Below are positions 47,944 through 56,630 of a stretch of DNA of 64,000 bases, in pieces. Position 1 is the first letter of the stretch. Each line of letters begins with the position of its first letter. The position numbers were made by a program, and so were the translations under genes. The notes under the pieces were generated by a model. The model was not told the origin of the DNA. It saw only the letters and a program-made list of their open reading frames with translations, and did no database searches. Source of the stretch: Spirochaetia bacterium (GTDB lineage Bacteria > Spirochaetota > Spirochaetia > SZUA-6 > Bin103); the NCBI GenBank assembly GCA_965208575.1, contig CBDBOV010000005.1, positions 32,001 to 96,000 of the forward strand, written 5' to 3'.

Positions 47944-49248
47944 ATGAATACGGAAGGACTTATAACGGCCGCCGAGGGCCTTGTCAAGGAGTTGCAAGGG
48001 CGCATCAACGGCGGCCGGATGGATCTCCAGGAGGCGGAAGCCAAGATCCTTGAGATGGTGAACTGGATCGGCGACGAGATGGTGCAGGAAGTGGTAGCCG
48101 GACTCGCGGAGCCGACATCCGCCAACCAGATCACGGTTGGCGGTGAGGTGGCAGTGTTCGAGCGGGTGCGTAACCTGCGGTTCATCAACCGCTTCGGCGA
48201 AGAAGTGGTGCACCCGCGGCGCTGCTACCGGTACCGGCACCGGAGCGGAGGCGTGGCGCCGCTGGATGTGAAGCTGGGGATCGACGGGTGCTTCGGATTC
48301 TCACCGCTGATGACGTACCTGATCTGCATGCTGGGCGCGGATGAGTCGTATGCCGGTGCAGCGGCAAAACTGGAGGCGATGCTCGGGTTCAAGGTGAGCT
48401 CGACGGCGGTGCAGCGCACTACCGAGAAGACGGGAGAGCGGATACCCGATACCCCCGACGATCTAATTGATGAGCAGCGTCAGCGGCAGCCATGTTCCCT
48501 GATGGTGGTCGAGGTAGACGGAACGACGAGCCCGCAGATCACGGAGCAGGAAGGGATTACTGGTCTTGCCAGCCTCCGGGCGCCGACCTGTTACAAGGAG
48601 TGCAACCTGATAGTCATCGAGAAGCACGATGATGGCAAGGTGATCGACCGCTGGACCGGAGGACGCTATGGACCACGCGGTGAGTTTGCCGGCTACGCCG
48701 AGCAGGCTGGACTGCGAATGGGCTTCCTGGACGCTCCACGAACGCTGTTCCTCGGTGATGGTGCACACCACAACTGGGAACTGCAGCAGACCCACTTCCC
48801 CGGCGCGATACCGATCCTGGACTACTACCACGCGGCTGAGCACCTCGCCGATTACTGCAAGCTGCTGTCTGCTACGCTACGCGATGCCGTCGAGCGCAGC
48901 TTGTCCACGATGATGTGGGAAGGCGAGGTGCTGCAGATGATCCACGAGATGAAGCGTTCACTGTCGAAGGTCACCGATACTGACGAAGCGTGGAAGCAGA
49001 TCAACTACTTCACGAACAACCAGGACCGTATGGACTATGCCCGTTACCGCGATCTCGGGTGGCCGATCGGCAGTGGCTTGGTCGAAGGGCAGTGCAAATT
49101 GGTTGTCGGTCGACGCTTCAAGGGCAACGGGATGAGATGGCGACCGCACGACAACCGCTGCGTGCTACGCACCCGTCTGGCTCTGCTCAACGGCGACCTC
49201 AAGCGCTATTTCAGTCCTCCTGACGACTGCGAGATCAAAGCGGCCTGA
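47944..49248 (+). CDS. ISKra4/UPF0236-type DDE transposase
   Basis: EVDG, LGDGA..NW, LDYYHAAEHL, RMDY......GWPIGSGLVEG.CK...RFK..GMRW. Confidence 0.93.
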   Translation: MNTEGLITAAEGLVKELQGRINGGRMDLQEAEAKILEMVNWIGDEMVQEVVAGLAEPTSANQITVGGEVAVFERVRNLRFINRFGEEVVHPRRCYRYRHRSGGVAPLDVKLGIDGCFGFSPLMTYLICMLGADESYAGAAAKLEAMLGFKVSSTAVQRTTEKTGERIPDTPDDLIDEQRQRQPCSLMVVEVDGTTSPQITEQEGITGLASLRAPTCYKECNLIVIEKHDDGKVIDRWTGGRYGPRGEFAGYAEQAGLRMGFLDAPRTLFLGDGAHHNWELQQTHFPGAIPILDYYHAAEHLADYCKLLSATLRDAVERSLSTMMWEGEVLQMIHEMKRSLSKVTDTDEAWKQINYFTNNQDRMDYARYRDLGWPIGSGLVEGQCKLVVGRRFKGNGMRWRPHDNRCVLRTRLALLNGDLKRYFSPPDDCEIKAA

Positions 49249-49423
49249 TCGTGTCAACCCCTGTTACCGCTTTTGGCATTGGCACCCCTCCTGCGCCGCG
49301 AGCGCAAGGTCACCTGCACGGCGATCGTCGACGGCGACACCATCAGCGGTACCATCGACGGGCCGCGGCAGCGACTGGCGACATTCAAGGGTTCGCGTTC
49401 CGAATAGGAGCAACGACAGCGAC

Positions 49424-52400
49424 ATGAACGTGCCGCAGGCCCACGAACCGGTGTCGATCGTCGGGTACAGCCACCGCATGCCCGGCGGCATCGTTTCCGA
49501 CGACCACTTCTGGCGGTTGCTCAGCGAGCGCGAGATCATACGGGAGCCGATCGTCGACCGCTACGAGCGCGGCTTCCGGCCGATCGGTGAGTTCTCCGGA
49601 CCGGGACGGTTCGCGAGCCCGTACGAGGGACTGATCCGCGACGACCGCGAAATGCTGTTCGACCGCAGCCTGTTCGGCATGTCTCACAACGAGATGCTGA
49701 CTGCCGACCCGCACGTGCGCATGCTCCTGACCTGTACCTGGGAGACGTGCGAACGCGCCGGCTGGGACCTGCACGCGCTGAGAAACAGCCCGACGGGGGT
49801 GTTCGTCGGCGCCCAGGTGCCGGCCACCTCCAACTGGCGGGCGCCGCTCGGCGCCAACGAGTTCTCCATTGCCAGCATCAGCCTGTCGATGCTGGCCAAC
49901 CGCATCTCCTACCACTTCAACCTGATGGGCCCGTCGCTGGCGTGCTGCTCGGCCTGCTCCGCCAGTCTGACCGCGCTGCACGAAGCGCTGAACGCGCTGC
50001 GGGCCGGGGACTGCGAGCAAGCCTTCGTCGGGTCGGCAAACTACCTGGGGTCGTCCCGTCAGAGCGCCGGCTTCAACGCCCTCGGCGTGATCAGTCCCGA
50101 GGGCAAGTGCCACTCCTTCGACGCCGACGCCAACGGCTACCTGCGCTCGGAAGGGGCGTTCGTGTTCGCGATCAAGCCGCTGGCGGCTGCCGAACGCGAC
50201 GGCGATCCGATCCACGCGGTAGTGGAGGCGACCGCCGTGAACGCGGCCGGCGCCGCCGACGGCAGCGTCGGGCTGGCGCAGGGGCGCTACATCACCGCCC
50301 CCACCCGCCACGCGCAGATGGCGCTGATGCGGGAGGCGGCCGCCCGTGCCGGGCGTGCGCCGGAGGAGTTCGACTACGTGGAGGCACATGCCACCGGCAC
50401 GGTGGTCGGCGACCGCATCGAGGGCAACGCAATCGGCGCGGCGCTCGGCGGCTCCGAGCGCGCGGCGCCGCTGCGAGTGGCGGGCGTCAAGAGCAATGTC
50501 GGGCACATGGAAGCCGCGGCGTTCACCTGCGCCCTGCTCAAGGCGGTGCTGATGATGCAACGGCGCACCTTTGCGCCGGTGTCCCGGAACCACTTGGTGC
50601 CCAACCCTGAGATCGACTTCGACGGCCTCGGCATGCAGGTGCAGACCGAGTGCGAACCGTTCCCGGATCATCCGGTGGTGGTCGGCATCAACTCGTTCGG
50701 CTTCGGCGGCTCCAACGGCCACTGCGTGGTGCGTGAGTACCGCCCCGAGCAGCCGCGCATCTGGTCGCTGCCGCTGGCTCCGGAGGCCGGGTGCGTGGTG
50801 CCCTTGTCGGCGCGTACCACCGGCGCCCTGGTGGACAGCGCGCGCGTGCTGCGGCAGGCGCTCGACGAGCCGCCCGCCGACCTGTATACGCTGGCCGGCA
50901 ACCTGAGCCGCCGCCGCACCCACTTCGCGGCGCGTGCGGCGTTCGCGGTGCACGATACCGAGCAACTGAAAGAGGCGCTCGACGCCTTCGTCGAGAACCC
51001 GGAGCCGGTGGCTCCCGTGGACGAGGGCCGGCGCCGGCTGCTGATGGTGTTCACCGGCCAGGGCACGCAGTGGGCGGGCTGCGGGCGCGCGCTGTACGAC
51101 GCCCATCCGGTGTTCCGGCGCGCGGTCGACGCCATCGACGAGCACTGGCGCGGGCACGCCGGCACCTCGTTGCGGGAAGCCGCGTTCGAGGCGCCGCCGG
51201 CGGAACTCAACGAGTGCCGGCTGGCGCAGCCGGTGACCTTCATGCTGCAGTGCGCGCTGGTCGAGCTGTTCAAGACCTGGGGCGTGTACCCCGACTGCGT
51301 GGTCGGCCACAGTTCCGGCGAGGTGGCCGCCGCCTACGCCTCCGGGGCGCTGTCGCTGGCCGAGGCGACGCGGCTCGTGTACCACCGCGCCACCCTGCAG
51401 CAGCGCACCGCCGGTTCCGGGCGCATGCTGCCGATCGGCCTCGACCTGAGCGGCGTGGAACAGTTGCTCCACGAGCTGGAGATCCCGTTTTACACCGAGA
51501 ACGGCGTCGCGCCGCCGGTGGAGATAGCGTGCGAGAACGCGCCTGCGAGCACCGTGATCTGCGGCAAGGAGGAAGCGCTGCGGCCGGTGCTCGAGGAACT
51601 GGAGCGGCGCAACCTGCAGCACCGCCTGCTGCCGGGCAACATTGCGTTCCACTCGGCGGCCATGGATCAGCTCGAGGAGGACGCCCACGAGGCGCTTTCC
51701 TTCCTCAACGACATCGCCTTCGACGCGGCGGTGCCGTTGGTCTCCTCGGTGACCGGCGAGCACACCGAGCGTCTCGACAACGCCTACTGGTGGACCAACA
51801 TCCGCCGCCGCGTACGCTTTGCCGCCGCACTGGAGACCGCGGTGCGCGATTTCCGTCCCGACGTGGTGCTGGAGCTCGCACCCCACAGCGCCCTGCAGTC
51901 CTCCATCGTCCAGTGCCTGGAGGGCAATGCCTCGCGCGCAGTCTGCATCCCGACGCTGCGCCGCGACACCGATGTCTGCCTGGGCTTCCATGAGGCGCTC
52001 GGCGCGCTGTTCCGTGCCGGTGTCGAGCTGGACTTTGCGGCGCAGTTCCCGCGGCCCGAACCGATTGCCCACCTCCTGCCCGGCTATCCGCGCGACGAGC
52101 AGACCATCGCCGACGAGATGAGCGACGACGAGATGTTCCTCCAGGCGGGCGAGTATGCTCACGGCCCGCTGGTCGGGCACCGGGTGCCGTGCGACCACCT
52201 GCTGTTCGAGGCGCGTCTGTCGGAGCGCGATTTTCCCTGGCTGGCCGAGCACCGCGTGCACCACGCGTCGATCATGCCCGCGGCCGGTTACATCGAGTTG
52301 CTGCTGCAGGCGTTCGGCGGCGTGCCGCTGCACGTCGAGTCGCTCGAGTTCCTGCAGCCGTGCCCGATCCCGAAGACGCCGGTGCGGCTGCAGACCGAGT

Positions 52401-55400
52401 TGTTTCCGGCGGCCAACGCTCCCGGCCAGTACACCTTCACCATCTCCTCACGCGCCTACGACGTCGACGCAAGGAGCGAATTGCACTCGCGCGGCACCCT
52501 GCGCCTGGTGAGCGCCGACCATCCGGTAAACGTGCCGCGGCGGATTGCGGAGGTCGACACCACCAACTTCGAGCCCTACTACTACGTGGGCGAGAGCGAC
52601 TTCTACGAGCGCATCGACGCCAGCCTGGGCGAGACCTTCCAGTACGGCCCCTACTTCCGCAACATCCAGCGCGTGCTGTGGGAGGACACCACCGCCAACT
52701 ACCTGTTCGACGTCGAGATGAACGAGGAGCTGTGGACGGACGGCCGCGACGAGGGTTACGTCGCCAACCCCGCGCTACTCGACGGCGGGCTGCAGATTTT
52801 CCTCTACCACCTGCTGCGCGCCACCGACATCTTCGCCATGCCGCGGCGCGCCGTGGGCGTGACGTTCCTGCGCCCGCCCACCGGACCGCGGCTGACCTGC
52901 TACGTGAAGAAGGATCCGGACTGGGCCGACATCAACGAGCAGGGACAGTTCACGGAACGGCGCGGCGAACGCTCCGGGGGCAGCATCCGTTTCTACGATG
53001 GCGACACCGGCGAGCTGGTGCTGTGCATCGACGCCTACGTATCGTTCAACTCCAACCCGAGCTGGAACGACCGTCCGCACAGCAAGCACGCGGTCTCCTG
53101 GCAGCCCAAGTTCCTCCCGGCGGCGCACTCCCTCCTGCCGCACCTGGCCGCGGGCGGCGCCGGCGAGCTTGAGCCCGCGGCGCTGATCGCCGCCCTGGAA
53201 CAGCCGGCCGCCGACGCCGGCGCGCGCTACGCCTGCCACGTGATCGAGGTCGCCGGTGCGAGGGCCCCTGAACAAACGATCGTCAATCGCTGCTTCGACT
53301 ACCTGGGCAGCACCGGCGCGCAGACCGAATACTGGCTGCTGGGTGCCGACGACGAGCAGGTGCGCGCCCACTACGACGCGTTCCACAACCGCGATGCCGC
53401 CCTGCGCTTCGCTGCCCTGGACCTGAACGCGGAGCAGATGCCGGAGCTGAATGCCGGCCTGCTGCGGCGGCACGCCGCGGAGGTCCTGCTGCTGCACGAC
53501 GAAGCCGCGGCGTACGCGCCGGAGCAGTGGCGCCTGCTGCAGCGGCTGGCGGTGCCCGGCGGCCTGGCGCTGATCTGCCACGACGACCGCTCGGCGGTCG
53601 CGCCCGCCGATTCGGCCGCGGATCCCACCGCCGGCAGCACGAGCGAGCCGGGCTCCGGCTGGGACGAGGCGGGTTGGACGACGGTGAGTTCGGGGCGCCA
53701 CGCTACGCTCCTGCAGGCGCCGCTCGCCGCTCCCGCGGCCGCCGAGCCGGCGCTGCTCGCCGCCCCGCGCTGGGTGATCGGCGAACCGGGCAGCCTGGCG
53801 GACGAATGGCTGACACGGCTCGAGCAGGCCGGGAGTCCGGCTGCCGCGATTCCGTACGAGGAGTTGGCGGACGACCGCATCGCCGAGCTGGCCGACTGGC
53901 CGCACGCCGCCGATCTGCAGGCGATCGACTTCCTGTGCGCACCCGTCGGCGCGGGCAGCGCCGACGGGCATGACCCGGACGACCCCACCGGTGAGAGACT
54001 GGCGTGGCGCCTGGTCGCCTTCGTCAAGGCGCTGATCCCGTACCGGGTGGCGCACGCGCAGGCGCAGTGCCGCCTGACCGTGGTGACGCGGGGCGCCGCC
54101 TTCGAGGTAACCGGGCCGCGTGCGGGTGCCGCGTGGGGGGCGCTGCGCGCCATTACCGAGGAGGTGGCCGCGGATGCGGGCACGGTTGCGCGGATCGACT
54201 TCCGGCTGGTGGACCTGGACGCGGGTGAGGATCTGGAGGCCCTGGCCGAGCTCGATGCCTGCGATCTACGGGAGCGCGAACTGGCGATACGGGGCAACCG
54301 CATCTGGGTGCCGCGGCTGGTCAGCCTCCGCGAACGGTTTCCGCGCGTCCCGCGCGCGGCGGCGCACGACGATGACGCCGCCTACCGGCTGTCCCTGGAC
54401 AACCCGGGGCAGATCGGCGGCCTGAAGATGAAGAGCTACGAGCCTGAACCCCTGGGCGCGCACGACGTCGAGATCGAGGTGGCAGCCGCGGCGCTCAACT
54501 TTCGCGACGTGATGGTAACGCTCGGGCTGCTGCCGTCGAGCTCGTTCGAGCGCTCGGCGCTCGGCCGCACGGTCGGGCTGGAGGCCAGCGGCGTGGTGCG
54601 CCGCGCCGGGGAGTCGGTCCGTACCTGTCGCGCCGGCGACGCGGTGGTGTTCACCCAGGGCGGCTGTATCGCCAACCGTGCGGTAGTCAAGGACTACCTG
54701 GTGTTCACCAAGCCCGAGGCGCTGAGCATGCAGCAGGCAGCCTCCGTGCTGTCGGTGTACGTCACCGCCTACTACTCGCTGATCCACCTGGCGCGGCTGC
54801 GCAAGGGCCAGCGGGTGCTGATCCACTCCGCCATGGGCGGCGTCGGCCAGGCCGCGATCGCCCTCGCCAAGCACGCCGGGGCAGAGATCTACGCCACCGC
54901 CGGGAGCGAGAGCAAGCGCGAGCAGCTCCGCGATCTGGGGGTTCGGGCGGCCTTCGATTCGCACAGCCTTGACTGGTACGACGCACTGCTGGCGGCCACC
55001 GGCGGCGAAGGCGTCGACGCCGTGCTGAACTCGCTGGCGGGGCGCCACATCGCCCTCTGTCTGGAGGCGTTGCGACCCGGCGGCTGGCACTGCGAGATCG
55101 GCAAGGTGGACATCTACGCCGACAACACGCTGAGCCTGTCCGTGTTCCGCAAGAACCTGCGCTTCGCCGCCATCGACGTCGACCGGCTGATGAACGACGA
55201 CCCGTACCTGACGCGCGAGCTGTCGCAGCAGTGCCTGGATCTGCTGGAGAAGGGCGCCGTGCCGCCGCTGCCGATCACTACCTTCCCGTATCGCGACTAC
55301 GAGGAGGCGCTGCGCCTGATGACCACCGGCGGGCACACCGGCAAGCTGGTCCTGCAGGCCCCGCCGGCCGCAACGGACGACGACGACCCGCTCCCGGTCG

Positions 55401-56617
55401 CCGACCTGCGCCCCTACCTCGACCCCGAGGCGACCTACCTGGTCACCGGTGCGTTCGGCGGATTCGGCCGCCTGCTGTTGCCCTACCTGGCAACGGCCGG
55501 CGCGCGCCACATTACCCTGCTGGACCGCGATCCGCAGCGCCGCCGCAGCGCCGACTGGCTGCGCAAGACCAGTGCCCTGTGGTATCTCCCGGACGACATA
55601 CAGATCGACATCGTGACCGGCGACGTGGCCGAGGAGGCGGACGTGCGGCGCTGCATCGGCGGCTTGCAGCGTCCGCTGAAAGGCGTGTTCCACCTGGCCG
55701 GCGCCCTGGACGACTGCCTGCTGGCCGATCTCACTCCCGAGTCGTTGGCCAAGGTGTTCGCGCCCAAGGCGCGCGGCGCCCTCAACCTGCACCGCGCGAC
55801 CGCCGGCTGCGACCTCGACCACTTCGTGCTGTTCTCTTCGATCGCCTCGACCCTCGGCAACCCGGGCCAGGTCAACTACAGCGCCGCCAACGGATTCGTG
55901 GACGGCCTGGCCGCCCTGCGCCGCCGTCAGGGCCTGCCGGCACTGTGCTACAACCTGGCGGCGGTCGCCGAGGCCGGCATGGCCGCCCGCAACCTGCACG
56001 TACTGCGCATGAGCCGCGCCGGCGGCGTGCCGCCGATCAGCGCCGACTTCGCCATCACCAATCTCGACTACGCCATGCGCGCCATGGGCGACCGCGACCA
56101 CCTGGTCACCGCCCTGTTCTCGCGTCCACCCTGGACCGCGGACTCGCCCGACTACCTGCGCACCGGCCGGGTCCTCAGCAACCAGGACGCGTTCGCGGTC
56201 GACGCCGGCGGCCAGCTCACCCAGGAGTCGGTGGTGACGCAGATCGCCGCCAAGGTGGCCGAGCTGTGCGGCCACGATGAGGGCAGCCCGGAGGAACCGC
56301 TGTCCAGTTTCGGTCTGACCTCGATCTCGGTTGCGGAGCTGGGTGCGTTCATCCGCATGCAGTTCAACCACCAGGTCAGCGCCCTGGAGTTGATGACCAC
56401 GGCCACTTGCCTGTCGCTGGCCGAAGCGATCATGACCGGCGACCAGGGTGGCGACGAGGATGATGCCGATGCCGACAGCGCCGGCACCCAGCAGACGGAA
56501 GCGGAGATTCCCGCCGCCCGCCGCGTGCCCTCCGTCTTCGCCAGCGCACCCGCAGATCACTTCCCGAACGGCGCCGGGGCCCCGGCGGACATGGCGGCCA
56601 GCGCCCCGGTCCGTTAG
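49424..56617 (+). CDS. Mono-modular highly reducing type I PKS/FAS, KS-AT-DH-(pseudoMT)-ER-KR-ACP, SwfA-like
   Basis: KS SACS, EAHATGT, KSNVGH; AT GQG.QW, GHSSG, AFHS; DH HRVHHASIMP; ER LIHSAMGGVG; KR VTGAFGGFG and NYSAAN; ACP GLTS. Confidence 0.95.
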   Translation: MNVPQAHEPVSIVGYSHRMPGGIVSDDHFWRLLSEREIIREPIVDRYERGFRPIGEFSGPGRFASPYEGLIRDDREMLFDRSLFGMSHNEMLTADPHVRMLLTCTWETCERAGWDLHALRNSPTGVFVGAQVPATSNWRAPLGANEFSIASISLSMLANRISYHFNLMGPSLACCSACSASLTALHEALNALRAGDCEQAFVGSANYLGSSRQSAGFNALGVISPEGKCHSFDADANGYLRSEGAFVFAIKPLAAAERDGDPIHAVVEATAVNAAGAADGSVGLAQGRYITAPTRHAQMALMREAAARAGRAPEEFDYVEAHATGTVVGDRIEGNAIGAALGGSERAAPLRVAGVKSNVGHMEAAAFTCALLKAVLMMQRRTFAPVSRNHLVPNPEIDFDGLGMQVQTECEPFPDHPVVVGINSFGFGGSNGHCVVREYRPEQPRIWSLPLAPEAGCVVPLSARTTGALVDSARVLRQALDEPPADLYTLAGNLSRRRTHFAARAAFAVHDTEQLKEALDAFVENPEPVAPVDEGRRRLLMVFTGQGTQWAGCGRALYDAHPVFRRAVDAIDEHWRGHAGTSLREAAFEAPPAELNECRLAQPVTFMLQCALVELFKTWGVYPDCVVGHSSGEVAAAYASGALSLAEATRLVYHRATLQQRTAGSGRMLPIGLDLSGVEQLLHELEIPFYTENGVAPPVEIACENAPASTVICGKEEALRPVLEELERRNLQHRLLPGNIAFHSAAMDQLEEDAHEALSFLNDIAFDAAVPLVSSVTGEHTERLDNAYWWTNIRRRVRFAAALETAVRDFRPDVVLELAPHSALQSSIVQCLEGNASRAVCIPTLRRDTDVCLGFHEALGALFRAGVELDFAAQFPRPEPIAHLLPGYPRDEQTIADEMSDDEMFLQAGEYAHGPLVGHRVPCDHLLFEARLSERDFPWLAEHRVHHASIMPAAGYIELLLQAFGGVPLHVESLEFLQPCPIPKTPVRLQTELFPAANAPGQYTFTISSRAYDVDARSELHSRGTLRLVSADHPVNVPRRIAEVDTTNFEPYYYVGESDFYERIDASLGETFQYGPYFRNIQRVLWEDTTANYLFDVEMNEELWTDGRDEGYVANPALLDGGLQIFLYHLLRATDIFAMPRRAVGVTFLRPPTGPRLTCYVKKDPDWADINEQGQFTERRGERSGGSIRFYDGDTGELVLCIDAYVSFNSNPSWNDRPHSKHAVSWQPKFLPAAHSLLPHLAAGGAGELEPAALIAALEQPAADAGARYACHVIEVAGARAPEQTIVNRCFDYLGSTGAQTEYWLLGADDEQVRAHYDAFHNRDAALRFAALDLNAEQMPELNAGLLRRHAAEVLLLHDEAAAYAPEQWRLLQRLAVPGGLALICHDDRSAVAPADSAADPTAGSTSEPGSGWDEAGWTTVSSGRHATLLQAPLAAPAAAEPALLAAPRWVIGEPGSLADEWLTRLEQAGSPAAAIPYEELADDRIAELADWPHAADLQAIDFLCAPVGAGSADGHDPDDPTGERLAWRLVAFVKALIPYRVAHAQAQCRLTVVTRGAAFEVTGPRAGAAWGALRAITEEVAADAGTVARIDFRLVDLDAGEDLEALAELDACDLRERELAIRGNRIWVPRLVSLRERFPRVPRAAAHDDDAAYRLSLDNPGQIGGLKMKSYEPEPLGAHDVEIEVAAAALNFRDVMVTLGLLPSSSFERSALGRTVGLEASGVVRRAGESVRTCRAGDAVVFTQGGCIANRAVVKDYLVFTKPEALSMQQAASVLSVYVTAYYSLIHLARLRKGQRVLIHSAMGGVGQAAIALAKHAGAEIYATAGSESKREQLRDLGVRAAFDSHSLDWYDALLAATGGEGVDAVLNSLAGRHIALCLEALRPGGWHCEIGKVDIYADNTLSLSVFRKNLRFAAIDVDRLMNDDPYLTRELSQQCLDLLEKGAVPPLPITTFPYRDYEEALRLMTTGGHTGKLVLQAPPAATDDDDPLPVADLRPYLDPEATYLVTGAFGGFGRLLLPYLATAGARHITLLDRDPQRRRSADWLRKTSALWYLPDDIQIDIVTGDVAEEADVRRCIGGLQRPLKGVFHLAGALDDCLLADLTPESLAKVFAPKARGALNLHRATAGCDLDHFVLFSSIASTLGNPGQVNYSAANGFVDGLAALRRRQGLPALCYNLAAVAEAGMAARNLHVLRMSRAGGVPPISADFAITNLDYAMRAMGDRDHLVTALFSRPPWTADSPDYLRTGRVLSNQDAFAVDAGGQLTQESVVTQIAAKVAELCGHDEGSPEEPLSSFGLTSISVAELGAFIRMQFNHQVSALELMTTATCLSLAEAIMTGDQGGDEDDADADSAGTQQTEAEIPAARRVPSVFASAPADHFPNGAGAPADMAASAPVR

Positions 56618-56630
56618 CCCGATACGACAC

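Larger units (their letters stand above)
47850..49287 (+). mobile_element. Complete ISKra4/ISLre2-like insertion sequence
   Basis: 26-bp imperfect terminal inverted repeats (GGGTGC.AA.GCC.AAAGCGGTA.CA); CTCCTGCG duplicated at 47834-47841 and 49288-49295. Confidence 0.9.
47642..49407 (+). pseudogene. Small (~105 aa) beta-strand-rich protein split by an IS
   Basis: Removing the IS rejoins ...WEANVKVPLLR with RERKVTCTAIVDGDTISGTIDGPRQRLATFKGSRSE*; the stop overlaps the PKS RBS. Confidence 0.85.
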
